From the NCBI GenBank assembly GCA_963714015.1, contig OY970223.1, forward strand, positions 352,001 to 416,000: 64,000 nt of DNA, in the 5' to 3' direction. The stretch is from Vulcanimicrobiota bacterium (GTDB lineage Bacteria > Vulcanimicrobiota > Vulcanimicrobiia > Vulcanimicrobiales > Vulcanimicrobiaceae). The notes under the pieces are model-generated. The model was not told where the DNA came from. It saw only the letters and a program-made list of their open reading frames with translations, and ran no database searches. This document shows positions 31,593-42,310 of this stretch, one piece after another (position 1 is the first letter of the stretch; each line of letters begins with the position of its first letter). The translations under genes and the position numbers were made by a program.

Positions 31593-32963
31593 ATGCCGCT
31601 TTCCGACTTTGAACGCGCGCTAAGGGTTCTTACGGGAGACGCGCCGCCGGGCGAACGCGCACTGGCCGCTGCTTTTCTTTCGGCAGAATTCAACGAAATC
31701 GAAAAGCCCGGATCTCCGATCTCTACGGCCGATCCGGCTCAGCGAATGTTCGGCTACGGCGAACGGCATGAGCCGGCGAGCTTCTGGGACGGGCGAACGA
31801 TCCGATCCGGTACGATAACCTATGCGCGCGAGGATCGGATCGAGCAGTACGTCGGACGGAACAGCTGGATTGCTTACGACCCGGCGATGTTCGGAGATAC
31901 GCTGCCGCAAGAGGGCGATCAGATCCGGATTTCGCCTCGCCGCGACTCGGTGCAGATCGAACGTATCGGTCCCAATCGTCTCGGTTCGGGCGGATCCAGG
32001 CAAGCCTCGTCCGGTATGCAGATCGTTCGCGACACCAGCGTGGAGCCTGATGAGATCGCCGCCGCGGCTCAAGCGGTAGCGCGCCGCTATTCCGCCGCTA
32101 TCAAAGATATCGACGGCGGCTGCGTGCTCGATTTTTCCGGCGGAGCGGAACTACGGGTACGCACGGTTCCGGAACATGGAACGCGCGCTCGTGTGGAAGT
32201 CTGCGTTCGAACGGACCGGCCGGACGAAGCGCGAGATGCGGAATGCGCGCTCATACTCTGTGCAGCACTCTTGACCCCGGGTACGGGTGCGACGGCTTTC
32301 GATGATTCCGGAGCCGCTTTTGAAACCGAGCGCCTGTACGCTCTGGCAGCAAGCAACGGCATGCGCGGCGACTGGTTCGGTTTTGTCGCGTCTGCCGCTC
32401 AACGACGGTTCCCTTACGAAAGCGCTCCTCTTTTCGAGGAGTTCTGCGACGAGCTCACGGTCTTCAGCAGTGATTCGTGGACGGCGGCGCAGGTCCAGCA
32501 AGCGCTCGGCCAATCGCTGGAATTGTTCGGGAGAGCCGCCGCCGAGAGCGTCGACCCCGGGATTCCGGACTCGATAAGCATCATGGAACCGAACGGGGAA
32601 CCGCCCGGTCAGTGGCAATGCCTCTTCAAATTCTTCTATGAAGCCGCTTTGGTTTGGGTCGGCGTGCGAGAGGGCCCGGACGAGCGGCGCCCCGACGTTG
32701 GCGCACTCCTCGGGAAACCCGTCAGCACCGCGGTTCTCTTCGGGACGGCCGCGCCGGGCGATCCGCAAGATGAACGAACTGCTCTGGAGCTGCGTCGAGC
32801 CGACGCTTTCGTTACTGCGCTCGCCGCCGGCTTCATGAAAAGCGCGAACAACATCGCAAGCGACGGTTCAGGGCGCCTTTTTTCGGGCCGCGATCTGATG
32901 GAGTTGGCGCTTTACCGGCAAGGCAGAGGGCTCTCTCGCGAGACTTCTTTGCAGCGGACGTAA
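31593..32963 (+). CDS. Hypothetical protein with an N-terminal KfrB-like domain
   Basis: SGTI...IEQYVGRNSWIAYD...PQEGDQIRI resembles the KfrB pattern; remainder unrecognised. Confidence 0.5.
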   Translation: MPLSDFERALRVLTGDAPPGERALAAAFLSAEFNEIEKPGSPISTADPAQRMFGYGERHEPASFWDGRTIRSGTITYAREDRIEQYVGRNSWIAYDPAMFGDTLPQEGDQIRISPRRDSVQIERIGPNRLGSGGSRQASSGMQIVRDTSVEPDEIAAAAQAVARRYSAAIKDIDGGCVLDFSGGAELRVRTVPEHGTRARVEVCVRTDRPDEARDAECALILCAALLTPGTGATAFDDSGAAFETERLYALAASNGMRGDWFGFVASAAQRRFPYESAPLFEEFCDELTVFSSDSWTAAQVQQALGQSLELFGRAAAESVDPGIPDSISIMEPNGEPPGQWQCLFKFFYEAALVWVGVREGPDERRPDVGALLGKPVSTAVLFGTAAPGDPQDERTALELRRADAFVTALAAGFMKSANNIASDGSGRLFSGRDLMELALYRQGRGLSRETSLQRT

Positions 32964-33003
32964 ATCCGACGCTGGCCCGATGCCGCCTGCGTACGATCGC
33001 AGC

Positions 33004-33952
33004 ATGGTACAGCCACAGCGCAATGCCGGCGATACCGATGCGACCGCATCGAACCGCATCGACGGCAAGCTCCGCGACGCCGACGGCCGGCAGCAATCGC
33101 AAAACGTCAATGCGACGGATAAGCAGACCGATCTCTACGACGCGATCGTACCAAAATTCAAAATCGATCCGGAGCTCTGCGGGGATCGTCACGCGATCAA
33201 ACGCTCCGGGAGAAGGCACTAGGACCACAACCGTTCCACGAAAGGACACAAGTGTACGACAAAAACCAAGCCGACCAATCAAACTGGCAACAAGGAGCCG
33301 ACCCCTGCGCAGACCGGTCGGGACCAGCAGAATCTTCTCTCGCAGACGCGTCAAGCGTTAGACCAGCGTACCCGCGCTCAAACCGTCTTCGGAAACAATC
33401 CCGCCCACGGGCAAGTCGACCAGGACGGTCACGCAGTTGCTCAACCGCCGCAGGCGCCTGCCTTCACGGGACCGCACGCAAACCGTGTTCGGAAACAATC
33501 CCGCACACGGGCAAGTGGACCAAAATGGCCACGCGGTTGCGCAGCCGTCATCGGTCTCCTATGCAAATCCGAGTTCCAGCCACAGTCCCAGTCCCAGTCC
33601 CAGTCCCAAGCCGGACCTCTCCAAAGATGGCGGTACGAAAGTTGCCTGGACGGGCAAGTTCGTCTCGGCCTATGGCGGTTACGCCGACGACACGCAAGGG
33701 CTGATCTTCAAGCGCACCGACGGCGAAGGGGGACTGCATCACTTCACGCCCGCTCAAACGATGCAGCTGCGCGCCAGCAATAAGGATCTCATCGACGATT
33801 CCATGCGCAACGGTTCGCAAGGAAAGGACGTGAAGGTCACCTTCTCCGTGGACAACGGCCGCGGATCGTGGGGCGTCCAGCAGATGGACCAGAACCAGCA
33901 GCACCAGCAGCAAGGAGACCAGTCGCTGGGGGGCCGGTCCAACCGCAAATAG
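33004..33952 (+). CDS. Hypothetical protein (several frameshifts) with internal repeat and Gln-rich/basic C-terminus
   Basis: Fragments 32980-33222, 33252-33704 and 33437-33952 appear to join; ends QQMDQNQQHQQQGDQSLGGRSNRK. Confidence 0.5.
33379..33547 (+). repeat. Two-copy direct repeat encoding QTVFGNNPAHGQVDQ(D/N)GHAVAQP
   Basis: Copies start at 33379 and 33479; differences fall mostly at third codon positions. Confidence 0.85.
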
Positions 33953-33979
33953 ACCAAAGCCTCTGCCTCCACACCCAAT

Positions 33980-34016
33980 TGCCGGCTCCGGATCTTCCAG
34001 GGCCGGCGATTTTTTT
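33980..34016 (+). terminator. Rho-independent terminator
   Basis: GCCGGC...GCCGGC stem followed by TTTTTTT. Confidence 0.7.
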
Positions 34017-34079
34017 GGAAGTTTCATTATCCGACGCACCTTCGACGCTGCGCAGACGCTCGATCCGTACGATACGTCC

Positions 34080-35916
34080 ATGACGAGTCAGTCGATAGCG
34101 AGCCGCGCATACGTTCAGCAAGATCCGCTGAACGGGTGGCTGAGAGCCCTGGGCGCGGGTGTAATCCTGACGCTCCTGGCGCTTTGGGTCTCTACGGAAT
34201 ACGTGGCGGTCCAATTCGGCTTCCAACACGCGCTCGGCACGCCGCTCTTGCCGCACGTCTACGCGCCTTGGGATGGCCTGGTTTGGGAACTCCGCTTCCA
34301 CGGCGTCGCCGACCCGCGGGTTCGCGAGGTCTTGTCCAGATTCTGGATCGGCGCGGGCTGCGGCTCGCTGCTCGGCCTGGCGGCCGCGATAATCAGCGGC
34401 GCGCGCTTTCAATCGAAAACAAAGCGCGGAACCGACGCTCACGGCTCTGCCCACTGGGCGACGAAGAACGAGATCCAAGCCACCGGACTGATCGGCAACT
34501 CGGACGGCGTGTACGTCGGCGCATGGAAAGACGCGCACAACGGCACCGTTCATTATCTTCGCGATGACGGACCGGCGCACGTGCTGGCATTTGCGCCGAC
34601 GCGTTCGGGCAAAGGCGTCGGCTTGGTGCTTCCCACGCTGCTTTCATGGCCGCACTCGGTCGTCGTTCACGACATCAAAGGCGAGAATTATGCGTTGACG
34701 GCGGGATGGCGCGGGCGCGATTTGCGCAGCCGCATCCTCAAATTCGAAGCGACGTCGATCGACGGCACGTCCTGCAAATTCAATCCGCTTTCTGGAAGTG
34801 CGTCTTCGCACGCCTTACGAAGTGCAGGACGTTCAGAACATCGTGAACATGCTCGTCGATCCGGATGGAAAAGGCGCCGAAGGCGACGACGCGCATTGGA
34901 TTGTCTCGGCTTCGGCGATGCTGACGGGGATCGTGCTGCACGTGCTGTACGCCGAGCCACAGCCGTCGCTTGGAACCGTTGCGGCGCTTCTCTCGAGCCC
35001 CATGTTCGAATCCACCGCGCAAATGTTCGAGTACATGCTGAACACGGCGCACGATCCGAACCTGGAGTGCAATTGGAAAGACGCTTCGGGGCAGCCCACG
35101 GCGACGCATCCCGTCGTCGCGATGGCGGCGCGCGACATGCTGAACAAGGGCCCGGAAGAAGGCGGCAGCATCCTCTCCACCGCGATTCGATTTTTGACGC
35201 TGTTTCGGGATCCGATCGTTGCAAATAACGTTGCTTCGAGCGATTTCACGGTACGCGACCTGATGCACGACGATCGTCCGCTCAGCCTGTACCTGGTCAT
35301 CCCGCCTTCGGACATGGATCGGCTCAAGCCGCTCACGCGCCTGATCTTCAATCAGATTCTTCGCGCGCTGACGTCGGAGATGAAGTTCGAGGGCGGCCGC
35401 AGCGTTGCCGGCTACAAACACCGGTTGCTGATGATGATCGACGAGTTCCCTCGCTCGGGCGGTTGGAGATCCTGCAAAACGCCCTGGCTTACATGGCCGG
35501 GTACGGCATCAAAGGCTACCTGATCACGCAAGACGTCGCGCAACTGCAAGCCGCGTACGGCGGCGCGAACTCCACGGAAACGATTCAAGCCAATTGTCAC
35601 GTGCAAGTGGCCTATGCTCCAAACAAGATCGAAACGATGGAGTCTGCTCTCCAAGATGGCCGGCCAGTCGACCGTGCGCACGGAACAGCGCAGTTATTCC
35701 GGCGGAAGATTCGGCTGGCGCAGCAACGTCCAGGTAAGCGTCGCCGAGACGGAGCGTCCGCTGCTTACGCCCGACGAAGCGCGGCGATTGCCGCCCGACG
35801 ACGCGCTCATCTTCGTCGCCGGACACGCGCCGATTTACGGCCGCAAGATCAAGTACTACGAAGACGGCGTCTTTTCGGAGCGCGCCAAGGTCGAACTCGA
35901 GGCGCTCCATGCTTAG
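34080..35916 (+). CDS. traG: Type IV coupling protein TraG/VirD4 (3 frameshifts)
   Basis: HGSAHWA, HVLAFAPTRSGKG, DIKGEN, LMMIDEF, MAGYGIK and RPLLTPDE across four frames. Confidence 0.88.
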
Positions 35917-36883
35917 CACAATGACAGCGAGCGAAGAGCGCGCCAAGCGGCTTCACGAAAAACTGGAGCGCGAACTCGGCCAGACGATCATGACGTCGCT
36001 TGCGGATCCGAAGATCGTCGAAATCATGCTGAACGCCGACGGCGCGCTGTGGATTGACGCACTCGGCGAAGGCATGCGCTGCACGGGCGATCGCATGAGC
36101 GAACTGCAGGCCGAGAATCTCTTGCGCACGATAGCGTCGGCGCTTGACGTCGTGGTAAACGGCGATCATCCGGTTTTGGAAGGCGAGCTGCCAATCGACG
36201 GAAGCCGTTTCGCCGGCGTCCTTCCTCCGGTCTCGAGCCGCCCGGTGTTCTCGATCCGCAAGCGCGCCGGCTTGATATTCACGTTGGCGGACTACGTCAA
36301 GAGCGGAATTTGTACCGAAGCGCAAGCTCAAATCTTGCGCGAGGCGGTGCGCGCGCGCGAAAACGTGCTCGTCGTCGGCTCGACCGGCTCCGGTAAAACG
36401 ACGCTCGCCAACGCATTATTGGATGAGATAAGCAAGACCCATGCAGACCAGCGCATCGTGATCATCGAGGATACTGCCGAGCTGCAGTGCAGCGCGCCGA
36501 ATTACGTGACGCTCAAAACGAGCGACGGCGTCGACATGACCCGGCTTCTGCGCACCACCTTGCGGCTCCGTCCCGATCGGATCGTGGTCGGCGAAGTCCG
36601 CGGCGCCGAAGCGCTCGCGCTGCTCAAGGCATGGAACACCGGACATCCCGGCGGCGTGGCTACGGTTCACGCCAACAATGCGGTCGCCGGGCTCGTGCGC
36701 ATGGAGCAACTGATCGCCGAAGCCAACGTGCCGGCGCAGCCGCAACTGATCGCTGAAGCCGTCGACGTGCTCGTCTCAATCGTGCGCACGCCGTCTGGGC
36801 GCCGCATCAATGAAATCGTCCGCGTAAACGGCTACTCGCCGGATCGCGGTTACGACATCATCCCATCGCTAACGCAACTCTAG
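35909..36883 (+). CDS. trbB: P-type T4SS ATPase TrbB (VirB11)
   Basis: EIMLNADG, GSTGSGKTT, LRLRPDRIVVGEVRG and WNTGHPGG. Confidence 0.93.
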   Translation: MLSTMTASEERAKRLHEKLERELGQTIMTSLADPKIVEIMLNADGALWIDALGEGMRCTGDRMSELQAENLLRTIASALDVVVNGDHPVLEGELPIDGSRFAGVLPPVSSRPVFSIRKRAGLIFTLADYVKSGICTEAQAQILREAVRARENVLVVGSTGSGKTTLANALLDEISKTHADQRIVIIEDTAELQCSAPNYVTLKTSDGVDMTRLLRTTLRLRPDRIVVGEVRGAEALALLKAWNTGHPGGVATVHANNAVAGLVRMEQLIAEANVPAQPQLIAEAVDVLVSIVRTPSGRRINEIVRVNGYSPDRGYDIIPSLTQL

Positions 36884-36897
36884 GAGGTTCAAAAACA

Positions 36898-37224
36898 ATG
36901 TCTCGCATCATCAAGTACTTCAAGGCGGTCACGCCGATCACGGCAATCGCCATGTTCATTAACACGCTTCCGGCCCAAGCCGCTTCCGGCGGCGGCGGAC
37001 TGCCTTGGGAAGGCCCGCTCTCGACGATTCAAGCCAGTCTGACGGGGCCCGTGGCAACTGCAATCGCAGTGATTTCACTCTTCGCCGCCGGCGCCGCGCT
37101 CGTGTTCGGCGACGAAATGAGCAACTTCGTTCGCCGCGTGCTGATCGGCGTGATGGCTCTCGCGCTGCTCATCGCCGGAAGCCACTTTCTCAGCGGCATC
37201 GGCCTGTCGGGTTACACGATCTGA
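36898..37224 (+). CDS. trbC: Pilin TrbC (VirB2)
   Basis: GGGLPWEGPL..I..SLTGPVA motif with two TM segments; AGGAGG RBS. Confidence 0.9.
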   Translation: MSRIIKYFKAVTPITAIAMFINTLPAQAASGGGGLPWEGPLSTIQASLTGPVATAIAVISLFAAGAALVFGDEMSNFVRRVLIGVMALALLIAGSHFLSGIGLSGYTI

Positions 37225-37227
37225 TCC

Positions 37228-37548
37228 ATGGCAACGCAACAGAACGCGCCGCGCAAGGTTGACGTCCATCTCGCGCTGATCCGGCCGCTGCTCATCATGG
37301 GCTGCGAACGCGAGCCGCTGCTCATCTCCGCCACGCTGGCGGCGACGCTGGTATTCGTGCTCGGGAAGATCGTGTTTGCAATCGTCGGGGTTGCGTTCTG
37401 GGTGCTCGCCGTCGCGGTCTTACAACGCATGGCCAAGGCCGATACCGAGATGAGCAAAGTGTACATCCGGCACACGCGTTACAAAACATTCTACGCCGCT
37501 CAATCGTCTTTTGCGGCGATCGAGCCAAACATCAAAAAGCAACAGTAA
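37228..37548 (+). CDS. trbD: TrbD (VirB3)
   Basis: RPLLIMGCERE...MAKAD...VYIRH. Confidence 0.88.
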   Translation: MATQQNAPRKVDVHLALIRPLLIMGCEREPLLISATLAATLVFVLGKIVFAIVGVAFWVLAVAVLQRMAKADTEMSKVYIRHTRYKTFYAAQSSFAAIEPNIKKQQ

Positions 37549-37560
37549 GCGAGGATTTCG

Positions 37561-40041
37561 ATGTTACGACTGCGGGAATTCCGCGACCGTGCGAAAGCGT
37601 TACCAGATCTGCTGAACTATGCCGCGCTGATCGACGACGGCGTCGTTTTGAATAAGGACGGCAGCCTCATGGCGGCTTGGGAATATCGCGGCGAAGATCT
37701 CGACTCGGCCGCGCCGATGGAATTGGCGGCGGTCTCGGCCCGCGTCAACAAGGCGTTCCTGCGTTTGGGCAGCGGGTGGATGATCCACGTCGACGCCGTG
37801 CGCATTCCGGCCAACAACTACCCGGCCGAGGGCAAATTCCCCGATCGGACGACCGCCCTCATCGACGCCGAACGGCGCTCTCAATACCAAGCCGAGGGCG
37901 CGCATTATGAAACGTCCTTCATCATGACCGTCACTTATCTGCCGCCGGCCGACGTCGAAGGCAAGGTGCAAAATTTCCTAATCGAAGGCGACGAAAAGCA
38001 TCCCAGCGGCGATGCGGCGCTGAACCGCACGCTGGAGAATTTCCGGATCGGCGCGCGCGAGATAGAAGATCAACTCTCGGCGTCCCTGCACTTGCGCCGC
38101 CTGAAGAGCATTCGTTACCGCGATCAATGGGGCAACGAGCACCTTCGAGACGAGCTCCTCGAGCATCTCAACTACTGTCTTACCGGCGTGCGTCATCCCA
38201 TGGAAGTGCCGGCGGTCCCGATGTACCTGGATGCGCACCTGGGGGGCAAGGATTTCTACGGCGGGCTCACGCCGCGCATCGGCGAGAAGCACATCCGCTG
38301 CATCGCGTTCACCGGTTTTCCGGGATCGAGCTTTCCCGGCATCCTGGACGGCTTGAACCGTATTCCCATGTGCTACCGGTGGTCGAATCGCTTCATCTTT
38401 CTGGACGACGGCATCGCCGAAAAGCAGCTCGACAAGTACCGCAAAAAATGGTTTCAAAAACGTAAATCGCTGGCGAACGTGCTGCGCGAACAATCGGGCG
38501 GCCAGGCGACGCACATCAACGCCGACGCCGATCGCATGGCGGGTGACGCAATCAACGCGCTCGCCGAACTCTCGAGCGGAGTCGTCAAGTTCGGGTACTA
38601 CACCGGCGTTCTGGTGTTGATGGAGGACGACGCCGAACGCGCGGATCTGGCAGCGCGCGACGTCGTTAAACTTATCAATCATTCCGGCTTTACCGCGCAA
38701 GTGGAAACCGTCAATGCAATTGAAGCGTATCTGGGCTCGCTTCCCGGACACGGGTACGCGAACGTTCGGCGCCCCCTGATGCACACGCTCAACCTTGCGG
38801 ATTTTCTTCCGCTCACGAGCGTTTGGTCCGGGTTTTCCGGCAACCCGTCGCCGTATTATCCAAAAGGGAGTCCCCCGCTCGCGTATGCGGCGACGGGCGG
38901 CGCGACGCCGTTCCGGCTGAATCTGCATGTCGGCGACGTCGGGCATACGCTGATCCTCGGGCCTACGGGCGCCGGCAAATCCACGCTGCTCGGCTTTCTG
39001 ATGGCCTCGCATTTCCGCTACGAAAAGGCGCAGATATTCGCTTTCGACATCGGTAACTCGGCGTTCGCGCTGGCGCATGCTTCGGGCGGCGACCACTACG
39101 AGATCGCCGGCGAGCACAGCGATCTGGCGTTTTATCCGCTCGCCGATATCGACAGCCCGAACGAACGTACCTGGGCGGCGGACTGGCTGGAAACGCTCTT
39201 CGCGCTGCAAGGCGTCGTGATGACTCCCGGTCTGCGCAAAGACGTCCATCGCGCGCTGGAGCTGCTCGCGCAAAGCCCCAAACGCACGCTGACTGATTTG
39301 GCGCACACGCTTTCCGAACCCGAACTGCGCGGCGCGATAGCGCACTATACGCTGTCCGGCAGCTTAGGAACGCTGCTCGACGCCGACCGCGACGGCCTGC
39401 GCGAGAACATCTTCCAAGTCTTCGAGATGCAAAACTTGATGGCGCTCGGAGAGAAGAACGCCGTTCCGGTGTTGCTTTATCTGTTCCACCGGATCGAAAA
39501 ACGGCTTCACGGTGAACCGACGCTGCTCGTGCTCGACGAGGCGTGGCTCATGCTGAACTCTCCGATCTTCCGCGACAAGATTCGCGAGTGGCTCAAGACG
39601 ATGCGCAAGAACAATGCGGCCGTCGTCTTCGCCACGCAAAGCATCAGCGACGTCATGCGCTCGGAGATTCGCGACGTCATCGTCGAGTCGTGCCCGACCA
39701 AGATCTTTTTGCCGAACCTGGAGGCACGCAATGAGTTTGCCACCACGGCATATGCCTCGATGGGCCTGACGGACCGGCAGATCGAGATTCTCTCGCAGTT
39801 GATTCCCAAACGCCAGTATTTCTACGTAAGTCCTCTCGGCCGGCGCGTGTTCGAACTCGGTCTCGGACCGGTTGCGCTGAGTTTCATCGGCGCGAGCGGA
39901 CGCGAGGACATCGCAGCGATTCGTTCCCTCATCGCGGAGTCGCCGAACTCGTGGCCGGCAAAATGGCTGGCGGCGCGCGGGCGCAACGATTGGGCCAATG
40001 CATGGCTGCGTCTCGGCGAACGCCTGGAGGCCGTTTCGTGA
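37561..40041 (+). CDS. trbE: T4SS ATPase TrbE (VirB4)
   Basis: NKDGS, DVGHTLILGPTGAGKS, LDEAW, FATQS and ESCPTKIFLPN. Confidence 0.95.
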   Translation: MLRLREFRDRAKALPDLLNYAALIDDGVVLNKDGSLMAAWEYRGEDLDSAAPMELAAVSARVNKAFLRLGSGWMIHVDAVRIPANNYPAEGKFPDRTTALIDAERRSQYQAEGAHYETSFIMTVTYLPPADVEGKVQNFLIEGDEKHPSGDAALNRTLENFRIGAREIEDQLSASLHLRRLKSIRYRDQWGNEHLRDELLEHLNYCLTGVRHPMEVPAVPMYLDAHLGGKDFYGGLTPRIGEKHIRCIAFTGFPGSSFPGILDGLNRIPMCYRWSNRFIFLDDGIAEKQLDKYRKKWFQKRKSLANVLREQSGGQATHINADADRMAGDAINALAELSSGVVKFGYYTGVLVLMEDDAERADLAARDVVKLINHSGFTAQVETVNAIEAYLGSLPGHGYANVRRPLMHTLNLADFLPLTSVWSGFSGNPSPYYPKGSPPLAYAATGGATPFRLNLHVGDVGHTLILGPTGAGKSTLLGFLMASHFRYEKAQIFAFDIGNSAFALAHASGGDHYEIAGEHSDLAFYPLADIDSPNERTWAADWLETLFALQGVVMTPGLRKDVHRALELLAQSPKRTLTDLAHTLSEPELRGAIAHYTLSGSLGTLLDADRDGLRENIFQVFEMQNLMALGEKNAVPVLLYLFHRIEKRLHGEPTLLVLDEAWLMLNSPIFRDKIREWLKTMRKNNAAVVFATQSISDVMRSEIRDVIVESCPTKIFLPNLEARNEFATTAYASMGLTDRQIEILSQLIPKRQYFYVSPLGRRVFELGLGPVALSFIGASGREDIAAIRSLIAESPNSWPAKWLAARGRNDWANAWLRLGERLEAVS

Positions 40042-41606
40042 AGCGCTATTTCAAACATCTGCTGATCACCACGCCGCTGGCGCTCTTGGCGTACGCCGTC
40101 ATCGCAGTCGTCGAGCCGGGCGCCGTGCACGCGCAAAGCGTTCTAGGCGCCTGCCCCAACAACACGGGCCTGAACGTTCTGCCGCAGGTTTTCTGCAACG
40201 TAAGCCTCCAGTGGCTGACGAACGGCTTCGCCGCGGCCAGGTATTTCTTTACGGCGCTCGTCGTCATCGAGTTCGCGTGGAGCGCGATTCTCTGGGTCTT
40301 CCAAAAAGAAAGCATGGGCGAGTTGCTCTCGGCGCTCGTCCTCAAAGTGATGGGCGTCTCGTTTTTCTACGGGCTCATCGCGCTCGGCTTCGGACAAGCC
40401 TGGATTCCGGCGATCATCAACGGCTTCATTGGACAAGCGGGGCAGGTGACAGGCGACATGAACGTCCCGCTGGACCCGCAGTCGATCTTCTACATCGGCA
40501 TCAACATGTGCAATGCGGTCTTCAGCTATTTGCCGCAGGGCGACTTCTACTTCAACGTTCTAAATTGGAATCAGTCGATTTCGGACGACTTGACGATCGC
40601 GTTTTGCATGCTCGTCAGCGTAGTCTTCGCCTCGATCGTCTGCTTTGCGCTCTTTACCGCGTTTCTCATCGCGGCGGGTCAACTGATCATGACGCTGATC
40701 GAAGCGTACGTCATGGTCGGCGGCGGTGCGATCTTCTTGGGCTTTGCGGGAAGCCGCTGGACCATGAACTTCGCCGAGAAGTGGATCGGCTATGCCATTT
40801 CGATCGGCGTGAAGCTTTTCGTAACGTATCTGATTATCGACCTCGGACTCTCGCTCTTCCCGAGCGGCCAGCCGGGCACGGTCATCTGCCCGCAAAACGG
40901 CGGCGGAAACGACCCGAGCGGCATGTGCGGCTATCTCCACGGAATCGGCGGCACCGTTTTCCAGCACGCCTCGGATATTAATGGTCTCGGCGGCGTCATC
41001 GTGAACTATTTGATCGTCGCAGCGACCGCCATCATCTTCATGATGCTGATGACGCGCTTGCCGAGTCTTGCCGCATCGATGCTCAACGGATCGCCGAGTC
41101 TCTCGTTCGGCAGCATGGTCTCGGCGTTCCAAACCGTCGGTAACGCCGTCGTCGGTACTGTGGGCGCCGTCGTCAACACCGCTCAAACAGTTGCGCAAGA
41201 AGGCGCGTTGGCCGTCGCCGACGCTGCAATGCTCGCGGGCGGAGCCGCGGGCGGCGGTGCGGGCGGCGAAGGCGGAGCCGGTGGTGCCGGCGGCGCAGGC
41301 GGTGCCGGCGCTTCGGCTGCAGGCGGCGGGGGAGCGGAGAGCGCCGCAAGTGCCGGCAGCGCGGACGCTGCATCCAGTTCCGGGAGCGCTTCAAGTCCCG
41401 GTTCATCTTCGGCGAGCGGCGGTTCCGCATCGTCTTCGCCGGTCAACGGCGTTCCGGTTCTCGGTCATGCATTCAACGCGGCGACCGCGACGGTTTCCGG
41501 AACAGCACAAGCCGCAATGGCGGCGGCATCACCCATCACTAGCCTCGAGCAGCACGAAGGCGGCGGCGGAGGCACTGCCCAGATTGGATTGAGGATACAC
41601 GAATAA
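40038..41606 (+). CDS. trbL: TrbL (VirB6)
   Basis: Multiple TM segments, IFLGFAGSRWT and a Gly/Ala/Ser-rich tail; GTGA overlap with trbE. Confidence 0.85.
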   Translation: MKRYFKHLLITTPLALLAYAVIAVVEPGAVHAQSVLGACPNNTGLNVLPQVFCNVSLQWLTNGFAAARYFFTALVVIEFAWSAILWVFQKESMGELLSALVLKVMGVSFFYGLIALGFGQAWIPAIINGFIGQAGQVTGDMNVPLDPQSIFYIGINMCNAVFSYLPQGDFYFNVLNWNQSISDDLTIAFCMLVSVVFASIVCFALFTAFLIAAGQLIMTLIEAYVMVGGGAIFLGFAGSRWTMNFAEKWIGYAISIGVKLFVTYLIIDLGLSLFPSGQPGTVICPQNGGGNDPSGMCGYLHGIGGTVFQHASDINGLGGVIVNYLIVAATAIIFMMLMTRLPSLAASMLNGSPSLSFGSMVSAFQTVGNAVVGTVGAVVNTAQTVAQEGALAVADAAMLAGGAAGGGAGGEGGAGGAGGAGGAGASAAGGGGAESAASAGSADAASSSGSASSPGSSSASGGSASSSPVNGVPVLGHAFNAATATVSGTAQAAMAAASPITSLEQHEGGGGGTAQIGLRIHE

Positions 41607-42295
41607 TGAAACTCCGAATTAATCACCGGCAGCCCGCTGCTGCCGTCATGCAAGAGGTGGAGTCGCCGTTCATCGCCGCGCGCCGCGAATGGAACGAGCG
41701 GTACGGCGACTACATCGCCCAAGCAAAGAATTGGCGGCTCGCCGCGATTCTCTCGCTGGCAATCTCCGCGATACTCGCGCTGGGCGCGATGTGGCTCGCG
41801 GCACAGACAAAATTCGTGCCGTACGTCGTCGAAGTCGACAAGCTCGGAGGAGCCGTAGCCGTAGGGCCTGCCGATCGGGCTTTCACGCCCGATCAGCGAA
41901 TCATTCGCGCGCAGCTCGCGCAGTGGATCTCGGACGCTCGATCGGTCAGTTCCGATCCGGTTGCCGAGCGCGCCGCGCTCACGCGGGTGTACGGCATGGT
42001 TGCCGTGAGCGCGAAGCCGTATCTCGACGATTGGTACCGCGGGCACTCGCCGTTCGAAGAAGGCGGCAAGAACACGGTCAACGTGAACGTCGACGCGGTC
42101 TTGCCGCAAAGCGATAAGACGTACCAACTTCAATGGACTGAAGAACAGCGCTCGCTCGACAACACGCGCGTCACGACGACTCATTGGATCGCGAACGTTA
42201 CCGTCGGAGTCAATCCGCCGACCGATGAAGCGACGATCCTGCACAATCCCACCGGACTCTACGTTACCGATCTGAGCTGGACGCAGCGGATCTAA
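41606..42295 (+). CDS. trbF: TrbF (VirB8 family)
   Basis: ARREWNERYG, PYVVEVD, RSVSSD, WTE and NPTGLYV. Confidence 0.9.
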   Translation: MKLRINHRQPAAAVMQEVESPFIAARREWNERYGDYIAQAKNWRLAAILSLAISAILALGAMWLAAQTKFVPYVVEVDKLGGAVAVGPADRAFTPDQRIIRAQLAQWISDARSVSSDPVAERAALTRVYGMVAVSAKPYLDDWYRGHSPFEEGGKNTVNVNVDAVLPQSDKTYQLQWTEEQRSLDNTRVTTTHWIANVTVGVNPPTDEATILHNPTGLYVTDLSWTQRI

Positions 42296-42310
42296 TTGAG
42301 GACTACGATC

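Noticed and set aside
33583..33606. (CAGTCC)4 as a phase-variation tract
   Set aside because: The hexamer keeps the frame and simply encodes an SP linker
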